Shown here: positions 1 through 9,484 of the stretch, piece after piece
Layout of the letters: every line of letters starts with the position of its first letter
Numbering within the stretch: the first letter of the stretch is position 1
Assembly: GCA_019113785.1 (NCBI GenBank)
Contig: DXGT01000099.1
Location: 1-48,143, forward strand
Source of the DNA: Candidatus Ruthenibacterium merdigallinarum
Lineage (GTDB): Bacteria; Bacillota; Clostridia; Oscillospirales; Ruminococcaceae
DNA: 48,143 nucleotides
Reading direction: 5' to 3'
Position numbers and translations under genes: made by a program
The notes under the pieces: model-generated
The model's database searches: none
Told to the model about the DNA's origin: nothing
What the model saw: only the letters and a program-made list of their open reading frames with translations

Positions 1-1098
1 GTGGCGGCCCAGCACCACGCCGTTGCACTTCTGCAAAAAGGCGATGGCCTCCAGGTTTTCCTTGCCGCCGTTGACGTTGGGTTCCCACTCGCCGTCGCGG
101 CGGTTGTAATCGAGGTAGAGCATGCTGGCCACGGCGTCCACGCGCAGACCGTCCACATGGTACTCCTCGAGCCAGAACAGCGCGTTCGAGATCAAGAAGC
201 TCTGCACTTCGCCGCGGCCGTAGTCGAACACCATCGTGCCCCACTCCTTGTGCTCGGCGCGCAGGGGGTTCTGGTCCTCATAGCAGTTGGTGCCGTCGAA
301 TTTGTACAGGCCGAACTGGTCCTTCGGGAAGTGGGCGGGCACCCAGTCCATGATGACGCCGATGCCGGCCTCGTGGCATTTGTTGACGAAATATTTGAAG
401 TCGTCCGGGGTGCCGTAGCGGCTGGTGGGCGCGAAATACCCCGTGACCTGGTAGCCCCAGCTGCCGTCGAACGGGTACTCCATCAGGGGCAGCAGCTCCA
501 CGTGCGTGTAGCCCATCTCCACAAGATAGGGCGCCAGCTCGTCCGCCAGCTTGCGGTAGTCGTAGGGGTTGCCGTCCTCATAGGTGCGCCAGCTGCCCGC
601 GTGCATCTCGTAGATGTTCATGCGGCTGTTGACCGTGTCCTCGGCCTCGCGCGCGCGGCGCCAGGCGTCGTCGCTCCACGGGTAGGGCGCAAGGTCGTAC
701 ACCTTGCTGCAGTTGGCCGGGCGCGTCTCCGCATGGAAGGCGTAGGGGTCGGCCTTGAACACCAGCTCGTCGTCCGGCGTGGTGACGCAGTATTTGTAGA
801 TGTCGTACTGCTTGATGCCCTGCACCCAGCACTCCCAGATGCCGCCGTCGGGGTCGATATTTTTCATGGGCGTCGCGCCGGGCACCCAGCTGTTGAAGTC
901 TCCCACAAGGCTGACGGCCTTGGCGCGCGGCGCCCAGACGCGGAACGTCACGCCGCTCGTCTCGCCGCGCGTCTCGAAATGCGCGCCGAAAAAGCGCTGG
1001 GCCTCAAAGTTGTTGCCCTGCTTGAACAGATAGATGGGTACGGCGTTGTCCGCCGCGGGCGCCGCAGGCGCTGCGCCCGTTTGCTTCGCTTTTTTCAA
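1..1098 (-). CDS. glgB: 1,4-alpha-glucan branching enzyme (GH13), 5' part; runs off the window's left edge
   Basis: Not in the ORF track; manual minus-strand translation from TTG at 1098 (AAGGAGG RBS) gives FRVWAPRA, KADPYAF, NIYEMHAGSW, GYTHVELLPLMEYPFDGSWGYQVTGYFAPTSRYG, DWVPAHFPKD, DGLRVDAVASMLYLDY. Confidence 0.97.
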   Translation of the reverse strand, partial: MKKAKQTGAAPAAPAADNAVPIYLFKQGNNFEAQRFFGAHFETRGETSGVTFRVWAPRAKAVSLVGDFNSWVPGATPMKNIDPDGGIWECWVQGIKQYDIYKYCVTTPDDELVFKADPYAFHAETRPANCSKVYDLAPYPWSDDAWRRAREAEDTVNSRMNIYEMHAGSWRTYEDGNPYDYRKLADELAPYLVEMGYTHVELLPLMEYPFDGSWGYQVTGYFAPTSRYGTPDDFKYFVNKCHEAGIGVIMDWVPAHFPKDQFGLYKFDGTNCYEDQNPLRAEHKEWGTMVFDYGRGEVQSFLISNALFWLEEYHVDGLRVDAVASMLYLDYNRRDGEWEPNVNGGKENLEAIAFLQKCNGVVLGRH

Positions 1099-1252
1099 GT
1101 TCGACTTCCTCCTTGCGCGCCGCCGCCGGCCGCGGGCCGGACGGCGAGACGCCGTTGTCTGCGCGCGGCGCCGCGCGCCGCCGGGGATGCGCTGCCGGCC
1201 GCGCGCCCCCTTTGAAAAGGGCCTTGGTGCGCAAACGCCGGTGCTACTTATT

Positions 1253-1281
1253 ATAATACTCATTCCGCGCGCATTTTTCAA
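1253..1281 (-). promoter_or_regulatory. sigma-A-type promoter for glgB
   Basis: TTGAAA-17 nt-TATTAT on minus strand in an AT-rich intergenic stretch. Confidence 0.6.
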
Positions 1282-1408
1282 CAGTTTTTTGTAGTATATA
1301 TTCAATTTGCGTGGAAGAAATGCCGAGCACTTTATCGCTTTTATACAAAAATATGACATTATAAAATTTCAATAGCCAAAATCAACAAAAATTCCCGGCG
1401 AAATGTAC

Positions 1409-1435
1409 AAAAAAAGCCCGCGCATCGGCGCGGGC
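1409..1435 (-). terminator. intrinsic terminator of the rmlC-wzm-wzt-GT operon
   Basis: GCCCGCGC-4 nt loop-GCGCGGGC followed by T7 on minus strand. Confidence 0.7.
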
Positions 1436-1597
1436 GGCGGGCGTGAGATTTTGGGGTGCGCGGGGACGCCGCGCGAGCGGGTCTGCGGTCGGCGGGTTTG
1501 CGCGTGGGTGGCTTGCGCGCGGGCACGGCGCGGACGGGGCGCGCGCAGCGTCGTGGCGGCTCTGCGGGCCGACGCGCTCGGCGGGTCGGCACATGGG

Positions 1598-1686
1598 CGG
1601 GTTTTCGCGCACAGCGCGGTTTACTCTTGCGGCGCGGTTTGCGCGGCTCGGTTTGCTCTTGCGGCGCGGTTTTCGCGCGCAGCGCG
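1598..1686. repeat. degenerate short tandem repeat (about five 14-19 bp units with a GGTTT core)
   Basis: cgggttttcgcgcacagcg / cggtttactcttgcggcg / cggtttgcgcggct / cggtttgctcttgcggcg / cggttttcgcgcgcagcg. Confidence 0.55.
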
Positions 1687-1708
1687 GAAAAGGCCGCCGC
1701 GGCCGTCT

Positions 1709-2290
1709 TTACGGCGCGGCCGGCAGCACGCCGTCCTGCGTGAGGATGCGCGCGATGCGCGCGTCGTGCGCTTCGGCGGGCAAAGCGTCGAACAAAAGCT
1801 CGCGCATGCACAGAGCGAACACGGGCGTGCCGGGGGCAAGGCGCGGCAAAAAGCGGTCGTAATAGCCGCCGCCGCGCCCGAGGCGCACGCCGCGCCGGTC
1901 CATGGCGGCGCACGGCGCAAGGCACAGGCCGATCTCTCCGGCCTCAACGCGCGGCGCGTCTTTGCCCGGCGCCGCGATGCCCCAGGCCCCCGGCGAGAGC
2001 TCTTCGAGCGAAGAGACGGCGCGCGCAGTCATCTCGCCGCCCTCGCACAGCGGCACGCACAGGCGCTTGCCCTCGGCGAGGGCGCGGCGCAGAATGGGCC
2101 GGGTGTCCGGCTCGCGCGCGGCGGAGGCGAAGCAGAACACGACCCCGGCGCGCCTCCACTCGTCCCGCGCGAACAGCGTTTTCGCCATCGCAAGGCCGGC
2201 CTCGCGCCAGGCCTCGGGCGGCAGGGCGGAGGCGCGCAGCGCGGCGGCCCTGCGCGCGGCGCGCTTTTCTTCGCGCACTGCGGCGCTCAT
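1709..2290 (-). CDS. 5-formyltetrahydrofolate cyclo-ligase
   Basis: REPDTRPIL, GKRLCVP, DRRGVRLGRGGGYYDRFL, EAHD motifs; ATGA overlap with the upstream GT. Confidence 0.92.
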   Translation of the reverse strand: MSAAVREEKRAARRAAALRASALPPEAWREAGLAMAKTLFARDEWRRAGVVFCFASAAREPDTRPILRRALAEGKRLCVPLCEGGEMTARAVSSLEELSPGAWGIAAPGKDAPRVEAGEIGLCLAPCAAMDRRGVRLGRGGGYYDRFLPRLAPGTPVFALCMRELLFDALPAEAHDARIARILTQDGVLPAAP

Positions 2291-4092
2291 CCCAGCGCCT
2301 CGTAGCGCGGCAGCACGTCGCTCTCGGAAAAGTCCTCCCGGTCGAGCGTGAGGTGCGGGTTATAATACGGGTCGCGCGTGAGGGCCGCGCGCGTGTAGCG
2401 CGCCTCCAGCCGCGCGCGCTCGCCGTCGAAGCGGCGCTTCGCCTCGCCTTTTTCGTCGAGGCCGCGGCTTTTCGACTCGTAGTGCGTCAGCTGCGCGTAG
2501 GGCGTATACACCACGCGCCAGCCCGCTTTGCGCACGCGCAGGCAGAAGTCGACGTCGTTGAACGCCACGGCGAAGCCCTCGTCGAGGCCGCCGACGGCGT
2601 CGTACACGCTTGCGCGGCACAAAAGGCACGCCGCGGTGACGCAGGAGAAATCCTGCACGGTGGCAAGGCGGAACATGTAGCCCGAGCCGTCGCCGCGCGC
2701 GTACTTGTGGCTGTGGCCCGCAAAGCCGCCCAGCCCCGTGACGACGCCCGCGTGCTGCACGGTGCCGTCCGGGTACAGCAGCTTTGCGCCCACAATGCCC
2801 ACGCCCGGCTGGCAGCACAGGCTCAGCATCTCGCGCAGCCACGCGCCGTTTTGCACCTCGACGTCATTGTTGAGCAAAAGCAGGTATTCGCCCTTTGCGT
2901 GGCGGCGGCCGAAATTGTTGATGGCGGAGAAGTTGAACGGCCCGTCCCAGCGCACGACGCGCAGGTTTTCGTGCGCGGCCTGCGCGGCCTCGTAATAGGC
3001 GAACGTCTCCTTCTGCGTCGAATTGTTCTCGATGACGATGACCTCGAAATGCGCGTAGTCCGTCTTTTCATACACCGAGCGCAGCGCGCGGTCGAGGTCG
3101 TCCGCGTGGTCCTTGTTCGGGATGAGGATGGACACGAGCGGCGCGCCGGGGATCTCGTACTCGACCTTGTAGGTGGAGGGGAACAGCCCGTCGGCGACGC
3201 GCCCTAAAGCGCCCGTGCGCGCCAGGTGCGCCGCGATGGCGCGCTTTGCCGCCTCGGCGACGTAGGGCTTCGCCTGCGTGCCCGCGGACGTGGAGCCCGC
3301 GTGCACGCGCCAGAAGTAGAGCACGCGCGGCACGTGCACGGGCGCGCACCGCTCGCTGAGCTTCAAAAACAGGTCGTGGTCCTGGCTGCCGTCGCACGCG
3401 GGGTCCAGGCCGCCCGCCTGCCAGAACATCTCGCGCGAGAACACGGCGAAATGGCAGATGTAATTGCAGCAGTTGAGGTAATCGGGCGCGAAATCGGGCT
3501 TGAAATGGCCCACGGTGGCGTGCGCCGGGTCCTTTTCAAACAGGGCCTCGTCGCTGTACAGAAACGCCGCGCCCGTGGCCCTCGCCGCGCGCAGCATCTC
3601 GTACACGGCGTTCGGCGCGAGGACGTCGTCGTGGTCGAGCAGGGCGAGGTAGTCCCCCGTCGCGAGCTTCGCCGCCTCGTTCGTGTTGGCGCTGATGCCG
3701 CGGTTTTCCACGCGCACATAGCGGATGCGCCCTTCGCCGAGGCCCTGCACATATTCGCCCACCTGCGCGTGCTGCGCGTCGGACGCGTCCGCGAGGCACA
3801 GCTGCCAGTTCGGGCAGGTCTGGCCCAGGACGCTCGCGACCATTTCGCGCAAAAACGGCAGGGGCGTGTTGTACAGCGGCACGCAGATGGACACGACGGG
3901 CCAGCCCGCCGTGTCGGCCGCGCGCTGGGCCGCCAGCACGGCCTCGGGCGGCAGAAAGCGGCCCTTCTTCGTGCGCAGGCGGCGGCGGGCAAAGCCCGCG
4001 GCGCGCCGCACCGTGGGCGCGAGGCCCTCTTTGCGCACCGTCTCGAAAAACAGCTGCGCCAGCTCCTTTGCGCGCTTTGCGTGCAGGTTCAT
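2287..4092 (-). CDS. two-domain family 2 glycosyltransferase
   Basis: VSICVPLYNTP, LLDHDD, DGSQDHDL; second domain VSILIPNKD, FNFSAINN, LLLNND, FNDVDFCLR, HYESKSRG; start taken at ATG 4092 (MNLHAK). Confidence 0.93.
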   Translation of the reverse strand: MNLHAKRAKELAQLFFETVRKEGLAPTVRRAAGFARRRLRTKKGRFLPPEAVLAAQRAADTAGWPVVSICVPLYNTPLPFLREMVASVLGQTCPNWQLCLADASDAQHAQVGEYVQGLGEGRIRYVRVENRGISANTNEAAKLATGDYLALLDHDDVLAPNAVYEMLRAARATGAAFLYSDEALFEKDPAHATVGHFKPDFAPDYLNCCNYICHFAVFSREMFWQAGGLDPACDGSQDHDLFLKLSERCAPVHVPRVLYFWRVHAGSTSAGTQAKPYVAEAAKRAIAAHLARTGALGRVADGLFPSTYKVEYEIPGAPLVSILIPNKDHADDLDRALRSVYEKTDYAHFEVIVIENNSTQKETFAYYEAAQAAHENLRVVRWDGPFNFSAINNFGRRHAKGEYLLLLNNDVEVQNGAWLREMLSLCCQPGVGIVGAKLLYPDGTVQHAGVVTGLGGFAGHSHKYARGDGSGYMFRLATVQDFSCVTAACLLCRASVYDAVGGLDEGFAVAFNDVDFCLRVRKAGWRVVYTPYAQLTHYESKSRGLDEKGEAKRRFDGERARLEARYTRAALTRDPYYNPHLTLDREDFSESDVLPRYEALG

Positions 4093-4242
4093 CGCTCTTC
4101 CCTCTTTCCGTGCTGTGTGCGCGCCGCGCTGTGCGCGGCGCAAAGGTGTGGGTTCAGGCCCCGCCGCCGGCACCATCCGGTGTGCGCGCAGCGCAAAGGG
4201 CGGCGCAGATGCCGTGTGCCGCGCCGCCCTTCCCCTTTGTGT

Positions 4243-6105
4243 TTACTTGTAGCCGTAATTTTCGTACAAAAGCGTGAGGTGCGGGTTGTAATACGGGTCG
4301 CCCCGCTGCATCAGCGCCGCGTACTTCTTTGCGAAATACGCCTTTTCCGCCTCGTAGCGGCGCTGCTTTTCGCCGCCGCTCTTCGTGTCGTCGCCGCGGC
4401 TCTTCGACTCGTAGTGCACGGCGGCGGCAAAGGGCGTCATCACGTTCAAAAGCCCCTGCTCGCGCAGGCGCAAGCAGAAGTCGACGTCGTTGTAGGCCAC
4501 GGCGAAGTGCTTTTCGTCCAGGCCCCCCAGCGCCGTGTACAGCGCCTTTTTCACCATCAGGCACGCGCCCGTGACGGCGCTCATGTTCTGCGCGGTGGCC
4601 AGGCGGTACATGTCGCCGGCGCTGTCGCGCGGGTGGCCCTTGTGGCTGTGGCCCGCGCTGCCGCCGATGCCGATGAACACGCCCGCGTGCTGCACGGTGC
4701 CGTCCGGGTAGTACAATTTTGCGCCCACGGCGCCCACGTCCGGCCGCTGCGCGTAGCTCAAAAGCTCGCGCACAAAGCCCGGCGTCTCCACCTCGATGTC
4801 GTTGTTGAGCAAAAGCAGGTACTCGCCCTTTGCGTACTGCGCGCCGAAATTGTTGATGGCCGAGAAATTGAACGGCCCCTTGTACTGCACGAGCCGCAGG
4901 CCGGGGAGCTTGTCGCGGATGACGCTGTAGAACTCCATCGTCTTGCGCTCGCGCGAGTTGTTCTCGATGACGATGACCTCCATGTTCTCCCACCCGGCGT
5001 GGCGGTACAGCGACGCGAGGCAGCGGCCGAGGTCGTCGACATGGTCCATATTGGGGATGAGCACGCTGACGAGCGGGTTGCCTTTGACGGCGTACGCGGT
5101 GCGGTACGCGCCCGGGCAGCCCGGCACGGGCGACACCTCGCCCGCAAGGCCTGCGCGCGCAAGATGCGCGGCCACGGCCTTCGCGCCGTTTGCGATCGCC
5201 TCGGGCTTCGCGGCGGCCATGTCGCTCGCCGTGGACGCCGCGTGGCTGCGCCAGCGGTACAGCACCTTCGGCACGTGCGCGACCTTCTGCGCCTTTTCGC
5301 ACAGGCGCAAAACGAGGTCGTAGTCCTGCGCGCCGTCGTACTCGCTGCGCTCGCCCCCGCCGGCCGCGGCCAGAAGGCTGCTTTTGAACACCAGCAGGTG
5401 CGTGATGTAGTTGCACCCGCGCAGCGTGTCGGGCGAGTAATCGGGTTTAAAGTGGTACTCGTGCAGCGCGCGCAGCTTTTCGTCCAGCACGACCTCGTCG
5501 GAGTAGAGCACGTCCGCGCCCGTCTCGTTGATGGCCTTCACCATCTCGTACAGCGCGCAGGGCGAGAGCACGTCGTCGTGGTCGAGCAGGGCGATGTACT
5601 CGCCCTCGGCCTCGGCGAGGCCCACGTTCGTGTTGCCGCTGATGCCCTCGTTCTTCGCAAGGCGGCTGTAGCGCACGCGCTTGTCGCGCACGCGCGAGGC
5701 CCAGCGCCCCGCGTCCGCGTGCTGCGCGTCGGACGCGTCCACCAGCACCAGCTCCCAGTTCTGGTAGCTCTGGGCGCGCACGCTGTTCACCATGTCCTTC
5801 AAAAAGCGCATGGGCGTGTTGTACAGCGGCACCACCACGCTGACCAGCGGCATCGCCGCAAACTGCTCGGCGCGCTGGGCGCGCAGCTCGCGCCGCAGGG
5901 GCAGATCGGCGCGAAAGCGCCAGTCGTCCCCTTTCGTCATCAGGTTCACCCGGTACGAAACCTCCCTTGCCAGCGCCTCGGGGCCCCTCTGCGAGAGGCA
6001 CCGCGCGCCGCGTTTCACAAGGCTGGCGGCGTGCGCAGGCTGCATGGTGCGCCGCACGGCCTTTGCCACCGAGTCGCGCTCGGCGGCGTGTTCCTGTTCG
6101 CTCAC
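4243..6105 (-). CDS. two-domain family 2 glycosyltransferase (paralog of 2287..4092)
   Basis: VSVVVPLYNTP, LLDHDD, YDGAQDYDL, FNFSAINN, YNDVDFCLR, HYESKSRG. Confidence 0.93.
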   Translation of the reverse strand: MSEQEHAAERDSVAKAVRRTMQPAHAASLVKRGARCLSQRGPEALAREVSYRVNLMTKGDDWRFRADLPLRRELRAQRAEQFAAMPLVSVVVPLYNTPMRFLKDMVNSVRAQSYQNWELVLVDASDAQHADAGRWASRVRDKRVRYSRLAKNEGISGNTNVGLAEAEGEYIALLDHDDVLSPCALYEMVKAINETGADVLYSDEVVLDEKLRALHEYHFKPDYSPDTLRGCNYITHLLVFKSSLLAAAGGGERSEYDGAQDYDLVLRLCEKAQKVAHVPKVLYRWRSHAASTASDMAAAKPEAIANGAKAVAAHLARAGLAGEVSPVPGCPGAYRTAYAVKGNPLVSVLIPNMDHVDDLGRCLASLYRHAGWENMEVIVIENNSRERKTMEFYSVIRDKLPGLRLVQYKGPFNFSAINNFGAQYAKGEYLLLLNNDIEVETPGFVRELLSYAQRPDVGAVGAKLYYPDGTVQHAGVFIGIGGSAGHSHKGHPRDSAGDMYRLATAQNMSAVTGACLMVKKALYTALGGLDEKHFAVAYNDVDFCLRLREQGLLNVMTPFAAAVHYESKSRGDDTKSGGEKQRRYEAEKAYFAKKYAALMQRGDPYYNPHLTLLYENYGYK

Positions 6106-6141
6106 TTGTCGTCTCCCCAGCCTTTCCGGCTTTTGTGCGCG

Positions 6142-6909
6142 TCAGCCCTTCAGGCTCTCTTTCTGGTGCTCGTCATAGTCCGGGTCCAGCGCCTTGTAGG
6201 CGTCGCACACGGTCTTGACGTCGCCCGTCATGCGCACGCGCCCCTTTTCCAGCCACGTCACGCGGTTGCACATGCGCTCGATCTGCTTGATGGAGTGGCT
6301 GACGAGGATCACCGTCGTGCCGCCGCTCATCAGCTCCTTCATGCGCTGCTCGCACTTTTCCTGGAACAGGAAATCGCCCACGGAGAGGATCTCGTCCGCG
6401 ATGAGCACGTCCGGCTTCGTGACGGTGGCGATGGCGAACGCGATGCGGCTGACCATGCCGGAGGAATAGTTTTTCAGCGGCACGTCCAGAAAGTCGCGCA
6501 GCTCGCTGAACTCGACGATCTCGTCGAATTTGGAATCGATGAATTTGGGCGTCATGCCCAGCACCGTGCCGTTGAGGTAGATGTTCTCGCGGGCGGTGAG
6601 GTCCATGTCAAAGCCCGCGCCCAGCTCGATGAGCGGGGCGATGGTGCCGTGGACGGTGGTTTTGCCCGTGGTGGGCTTGTACACGCCCGAGATGATCTTC
6701 AAAAGCGTCGACTTGCCCGAGCCGTTCAGCCCGATGAGGCCGTAAAAATCGCCCTTCTCCACGTTGAACGACACGTCGCGCAGCGCGTAGAACTCCTCAA
6801 ACTGCAATTTGCCCTGCACGGCGGCCAGGAAGTACTCCTTGAGGCTCTCGTGCTTTTCCTTGGCCATATTGAAGCGCATGGACACGTGATCCACTTCGAT
6901 CATATTCAC
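6142..6909 (-). CDS. wzt: polysaccharide ABC exporter ATP-binding subunit (Wzt/TagH-like, no C-terminal carbohydrate-binding domain)
   Basis: Walker A GLNGSGKS, LIELGAGF, signature YSSGM, DEILSVGD. Confidence 0.92.
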   Translation of the reverse strand: MNMIEVDHVSMRFNMAKEKHESLKEYFLAAVQGKLQFEEFYALRDVSFNVEKGDFYGLIGLNGSGKSTLLKIISGVYKPTTGKTTVHGTIAPLIELGAGFDMDLTARENIYLNGTVLGMTPKFIDSKFDEIVEFSELRDFLDVPLKNYSSGMVSRIAFAIATVTKPDVLIADEILSVGDFLFQEKCEQRMKELMSGGTTVILVSHSIKQIERMCNRVTWLEKGRVRMTGDVKTVCDAYKALDPDYDEHQKESLKG

Positions 6910-6924
6910 TGTGCATGCCCTCCT

Positions 6925-7725
6925 TTAAATGTGCAGAACGAACTTGTCCTGCTCCTTGCGGAACACAAACAGGCCCAGAGCCAGCGCGAGCAGGGCGCAC
7001 AGCCCGCACACCCACACCATGTTCCAGCTGAGCACTTCGCCGTCGAGCACGGCGGCGCGGAAGGCCGTGATGTACCAGTACAGCGGGTTATAGCCGATGA
7101 AATGCTGCAAAATGGCCCCGCCCGAGCCCTCCATGGTGAACGGGTCGTAGAAAATGGCGGAGAAATACATCAGCGCCGTGGTGAACACGCCCCACAGGTG
7201 CATGATATCGCGGAAGAACACGGTGGCCGCCGCGAGGATGAGCCCCACGCCGAGGCTGAACACGAACAGCGTCGCCAGCGGGTACACGGCCAGGATGGCC
7301 GTGGCGTGCAGCTTTGCGCCCGTGAACACCATCACGATGACCAGCGCGATGAAGCTGAACAGGCAGTTCACCAGCGCGAAGCCCGCCTTCTCCAGCGGGA
7401 AGATGTATTTGGGGATGTACACTTTTTTGATGAGCGGCGCCGCGCCCAGCATGCTGGACATGCAGCTGCTGGTGGCCTCGCCGAAAAAGTTGAACAGCAG
7501 CTGGCCGATGAGCAGGTACACCGGGAAATTGTCGATGCCGGAGCCGCGCATATCGAGGATGCTCGAAAACACGGCCACCATGACGATGTTCATCAAAAGG
7601 GGGTTGAGCACGCTCCACACCACGCCCAGCACGCTGCGGCGGTATTTGAGCTTGAAGTCGCGCCCGATGAGGTTCTGCAAGAGGAAGCGGTAGCGCCAGA
7701 AGTCCTGGCAGTAGGCCTTGAGCAT
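6925..7725 (-). CDS. wzm: polysaccharide ABC exporter permease (Wzm/TagG-like)
   Basis: RDFKLKYRRSVLGVVWSVLNPLL, about six hydrophobic segments, FFRDI, NPL; adjacent to wzt. Confidence 0.92.
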   Translation of the reverse strand: MLKAYCQDFWRYRFLLQNLIGRDFKLKYRRSVLGVVWSVLNPLLMNIVMVAVFSSILDMRGSGIDNFPVYLLIGQLLFNFFGEATSSCMSSMLGAAPLIKKVYIPKYIFPLEKAGFALVNCLFSFIALVIVMVFTGAKLHATAILAVYPLATLFVFSLGVGLILAAATVFFRDIMHLWGVFTTALMYFSAIFYDPFTMEGSGGAILQHFIGYNPLYWYITAFRAAVLDGEVLSWNMVWVCGLCALLALALGLFVFRKEQDKFVLHI

Positions 7726-7736
7726 CGCCACGCCCC

Positions 7737-8303
7737 TCACCACCTTTCAAAGAAGGCGAAGTCCTGCTCGGCGAAGCCCTTGTGCTTTTTGTCCTTCTCG
7801 CTCAGCTTCACTTCGCAGCCCGCGTCCGGCCACTCCACGCCGATGTCGGCGTCGTCCCAGCGCACGCCGCCCTCGGCCTCGGGGGCGTAGTAGTCGGTGC
7901 ATTTATAGGTGAATTCCGCCTCGTCGGACAGCACGAGGAACCCGTGGGCAAAGCCCTCGGGGATGTAAAACTGCTTTTTGTTCTCGGCCGAGAGCGTCAC
8001 GCCCACCCACTTGCCGAACGTGGGCGAATGGGGCCGGCAGTCGACCGCGACGTCGTACACCTCGCCCGACACCACGCGCACGAGCTTGCCCTGCGTGTGC
8101 TCCTTCTGGAAATGCAGCCCGCGCAGCACGCCGCGCGTGCTCTTGGACTGGTTGTCCTGCACGAAGGGGCCCTTGATGCCCGCGGCCGCGAACTCCTCGG
8201 CCTGAAAAGTCTCCATAAAATAACCGCGTTCGTCGCCAAACACGGTCGGCTCAATGATCACAACGCCCGCGAGCGGCGTCTTGACGAAATTGAATTTCCC
8301 CAT
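7737..8303 (-). CDS. rmlC: dTDP-4-dehydrorhamnose 3,5-epimerase
   Basis: FGDERGYFME, FVQDNQSKS, GVLRGLHFQ, QGKLVRV, GFAHGF. Confidence 0.97.
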   Translation of the reverse strand: MGKFNFVKTPLAGVVIIEPTVFGDERGYFMETFQAEEFAAAGIKGPFVQDNQSKSTRGVLRGLHFQKEHTQGKLVRVVSGEVYDVAVDCRPHSPTFGKWVGVTLSAENKKQFYIPEGFAHGFLVLSDEAEFTYKCTDYYAPEAEGGVRWDDADIGVEWPDAGCEVKLSEKDKKHKGFAEQDFAFFERW

Positions 8304-8413
8304 GGTCGTCCCTTTCTTTTTCTGGCGGCCGCCGGCCGGCGGCGCGATTTCCAGCGCCGCAGCGCGCGGCTAAAAGCGCGGCGCGGCGCACATTTTCCAT
8401 TTTGCTGGAGTTT

Positions 8414-8442
8414 ATTTTACCATAACGGCGCGCATATTTCAA
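8414..8442 (-). promoter_or_regulatory. sigma-A promoter for the rmlC operon
   Basis: TTGAAA-17 nt-TAAAAT with TGn extended -10. Confidence 0.65.
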
Positions 8443-8444
8443 GA

Positions 8445-8482
8445 AAAAGGGGAGAGCGGGCCGAGCGGCCCCTCTCCCCTTT
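8445..8482 (-). terminator. intrinsic terminator after the M23 gene
   Basis: AAAGGGGAGAG...CTCTCCCCTTT inverted repeat with T-tract on minus strand. Confidence 0.65.
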
Positions 8483-8500
8483 GCGCGGCGCATTGCGCCG

Positions 8501-9280
8501 TCAGCCCGCCTGCCCGAACAGCGCCTGCGGGTCGGTGTAGGCGTCCTCTGTGAGCACCTCGACGTGCAGATGATCGCCGAGGCTGCTCTCGCACGGCACC
8601 TCGCCCAGCAGCGCCAGCGTCTGGCCCCGGCGCACGGCGTCGCCCGTTTTCACCTTCGGCTCCGTCACGCCGCACAGGCGCACGGCGCGCCCGTCCGCGC
8701 ACGTCACCTCGATCACCGCGCCCCACACGCCGTCGTCCTCCACCACGTCCGTCACCGTGCCGTCGGCCGGCGCGTGCACGCCCACGTTTTTGTGGCCCGC
8801 GATGTCCACGCCGTTGTGGGTGCGCCAGTCGCGCAGCGTGGCGTTGTACACAAGGTTATCGCCGCTGAAGCCCTGCAAAATTTCGCCATTCAGCGGCGCA
8901 GCCCAGGGCTGCTGTGGCGAGGCGGCAGGCGCGGCGGACGCGGACGACGCGCTTTGCGCAGCGGGCGACGAGGCCGGCGCAGACGAGGAGGCCGGCGCAG
9001 CGGACGAGGCGCTTTGCGCAGACGAAGGCGTCTGCGCCGTTTTGGGCACGTCCTGCTGTTTTGCATCGGCCGCGGCCTCGCTTTGCGTCCATGGCTCCGT
9101 CTCCCCTTTCGCATCTTGTGTGCCGCTCTGTGCGGCCGAAGGCGCGCTCGCGCTGTCCGCCGCCGACAGGCGCGACATCATGCTGTTGATGGCAAGGAAG
9201 CTCGCCGTGGCCGCGCCCGCCACAAGCAGCGCCAGCGCCGCGTAAAACCCCTTGCCGCTCCAAAACTGTCTTCGGTTCAT
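8501..9280 (-). CDS. spoIIQ: membrane-anchored M23/LytM family protein, SpoIIQ-like
   Basis: True start ATG 9280 (MNRRQFWSGKGFY), single TM, Ser/Ala linker, LVYNATLRDWRTHNGVDI (HxxxD) and HLHVEV (HxH); sigma-F-like promoter upstream. Confidence 0.75.
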   Translation of the reverse strand: MNRRQFWSGKGFYAALALLVAGAATASFLAINSMMSRLSAADSASAPSAAQSGTQDAKGETEPWTQSEAAADAKQQDVPKTAQTPSSAQSASSAAPASSSAPASSPAAQSASSASAAPAASPQQPWAAPLNGEILQGFSGDNLVYNATLRDWRTHNGVDIAGHKNVGVHAPADGTVTDVVEDDGVWGAVIEVTCADGRAVRLCGVTEPKVKTGDAVRRGQTLALLGEVPCESSLGDHLHVEVLTEDAYTDPQALFGQAG

Positions 9281-9327
9281 ACTGGTCCTTTCCGCCGGGC
9301 GCGGCCCGGCCGCTTGTTTTCTTGCGT

Positions 9328-9357
9328 TAGTGTGCGCCGCGCGCCGGGCGGATATAC
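9328..9357 (-). promoter_or_regulatory. putative sigma-F/G forespore promoter
   Basis: GTATA-15 nt-GCGCACACTA versus consensus GYATA-N15-GGnnAnAHTR (one mismatch). Confidence 0.5.
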
Positions 9358-9425
9358 GCGCGCGGCCCATTTTTCCGCCGCGCGCCGCGCAAATTGTAAA
9401 AGCGCGCCGCCTTTGCGAAAACCGG

Positions 9426-9454
9426 TTGCGTTTTGTGCGCGCACCCGGTACAAT
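9426..9454 (+). promoter_or_regulatory. sigma-A promoter for the psuG-like gene
   Basis: TTGCGT-17 nt-TACAAT. Confidence 0.55.
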
Positions 9455-9484
9455 AGAAGCAAAGACGCAAAGGGGGGCGGGCGG

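Noticed and set aside
1440-2290. 6S RNA or folate riboswitch beside the 5-formyl-THF cyclo-ligase
   Set aside because: The gene has no leader because it overlaps the upstream GT, and no recognisable RNA motif was seen downstream.
3226-7890. 1554-aa plus-strand ORF and similar long ORFs (1..1215, 20629..23340, 25298..27580, 28788..31253, 37706..40924)
   Set aside because: Antisense shadows of real genes caused by high-GC codon bias; no motifs, and they mirror well-supported opposite-strand CDSs.
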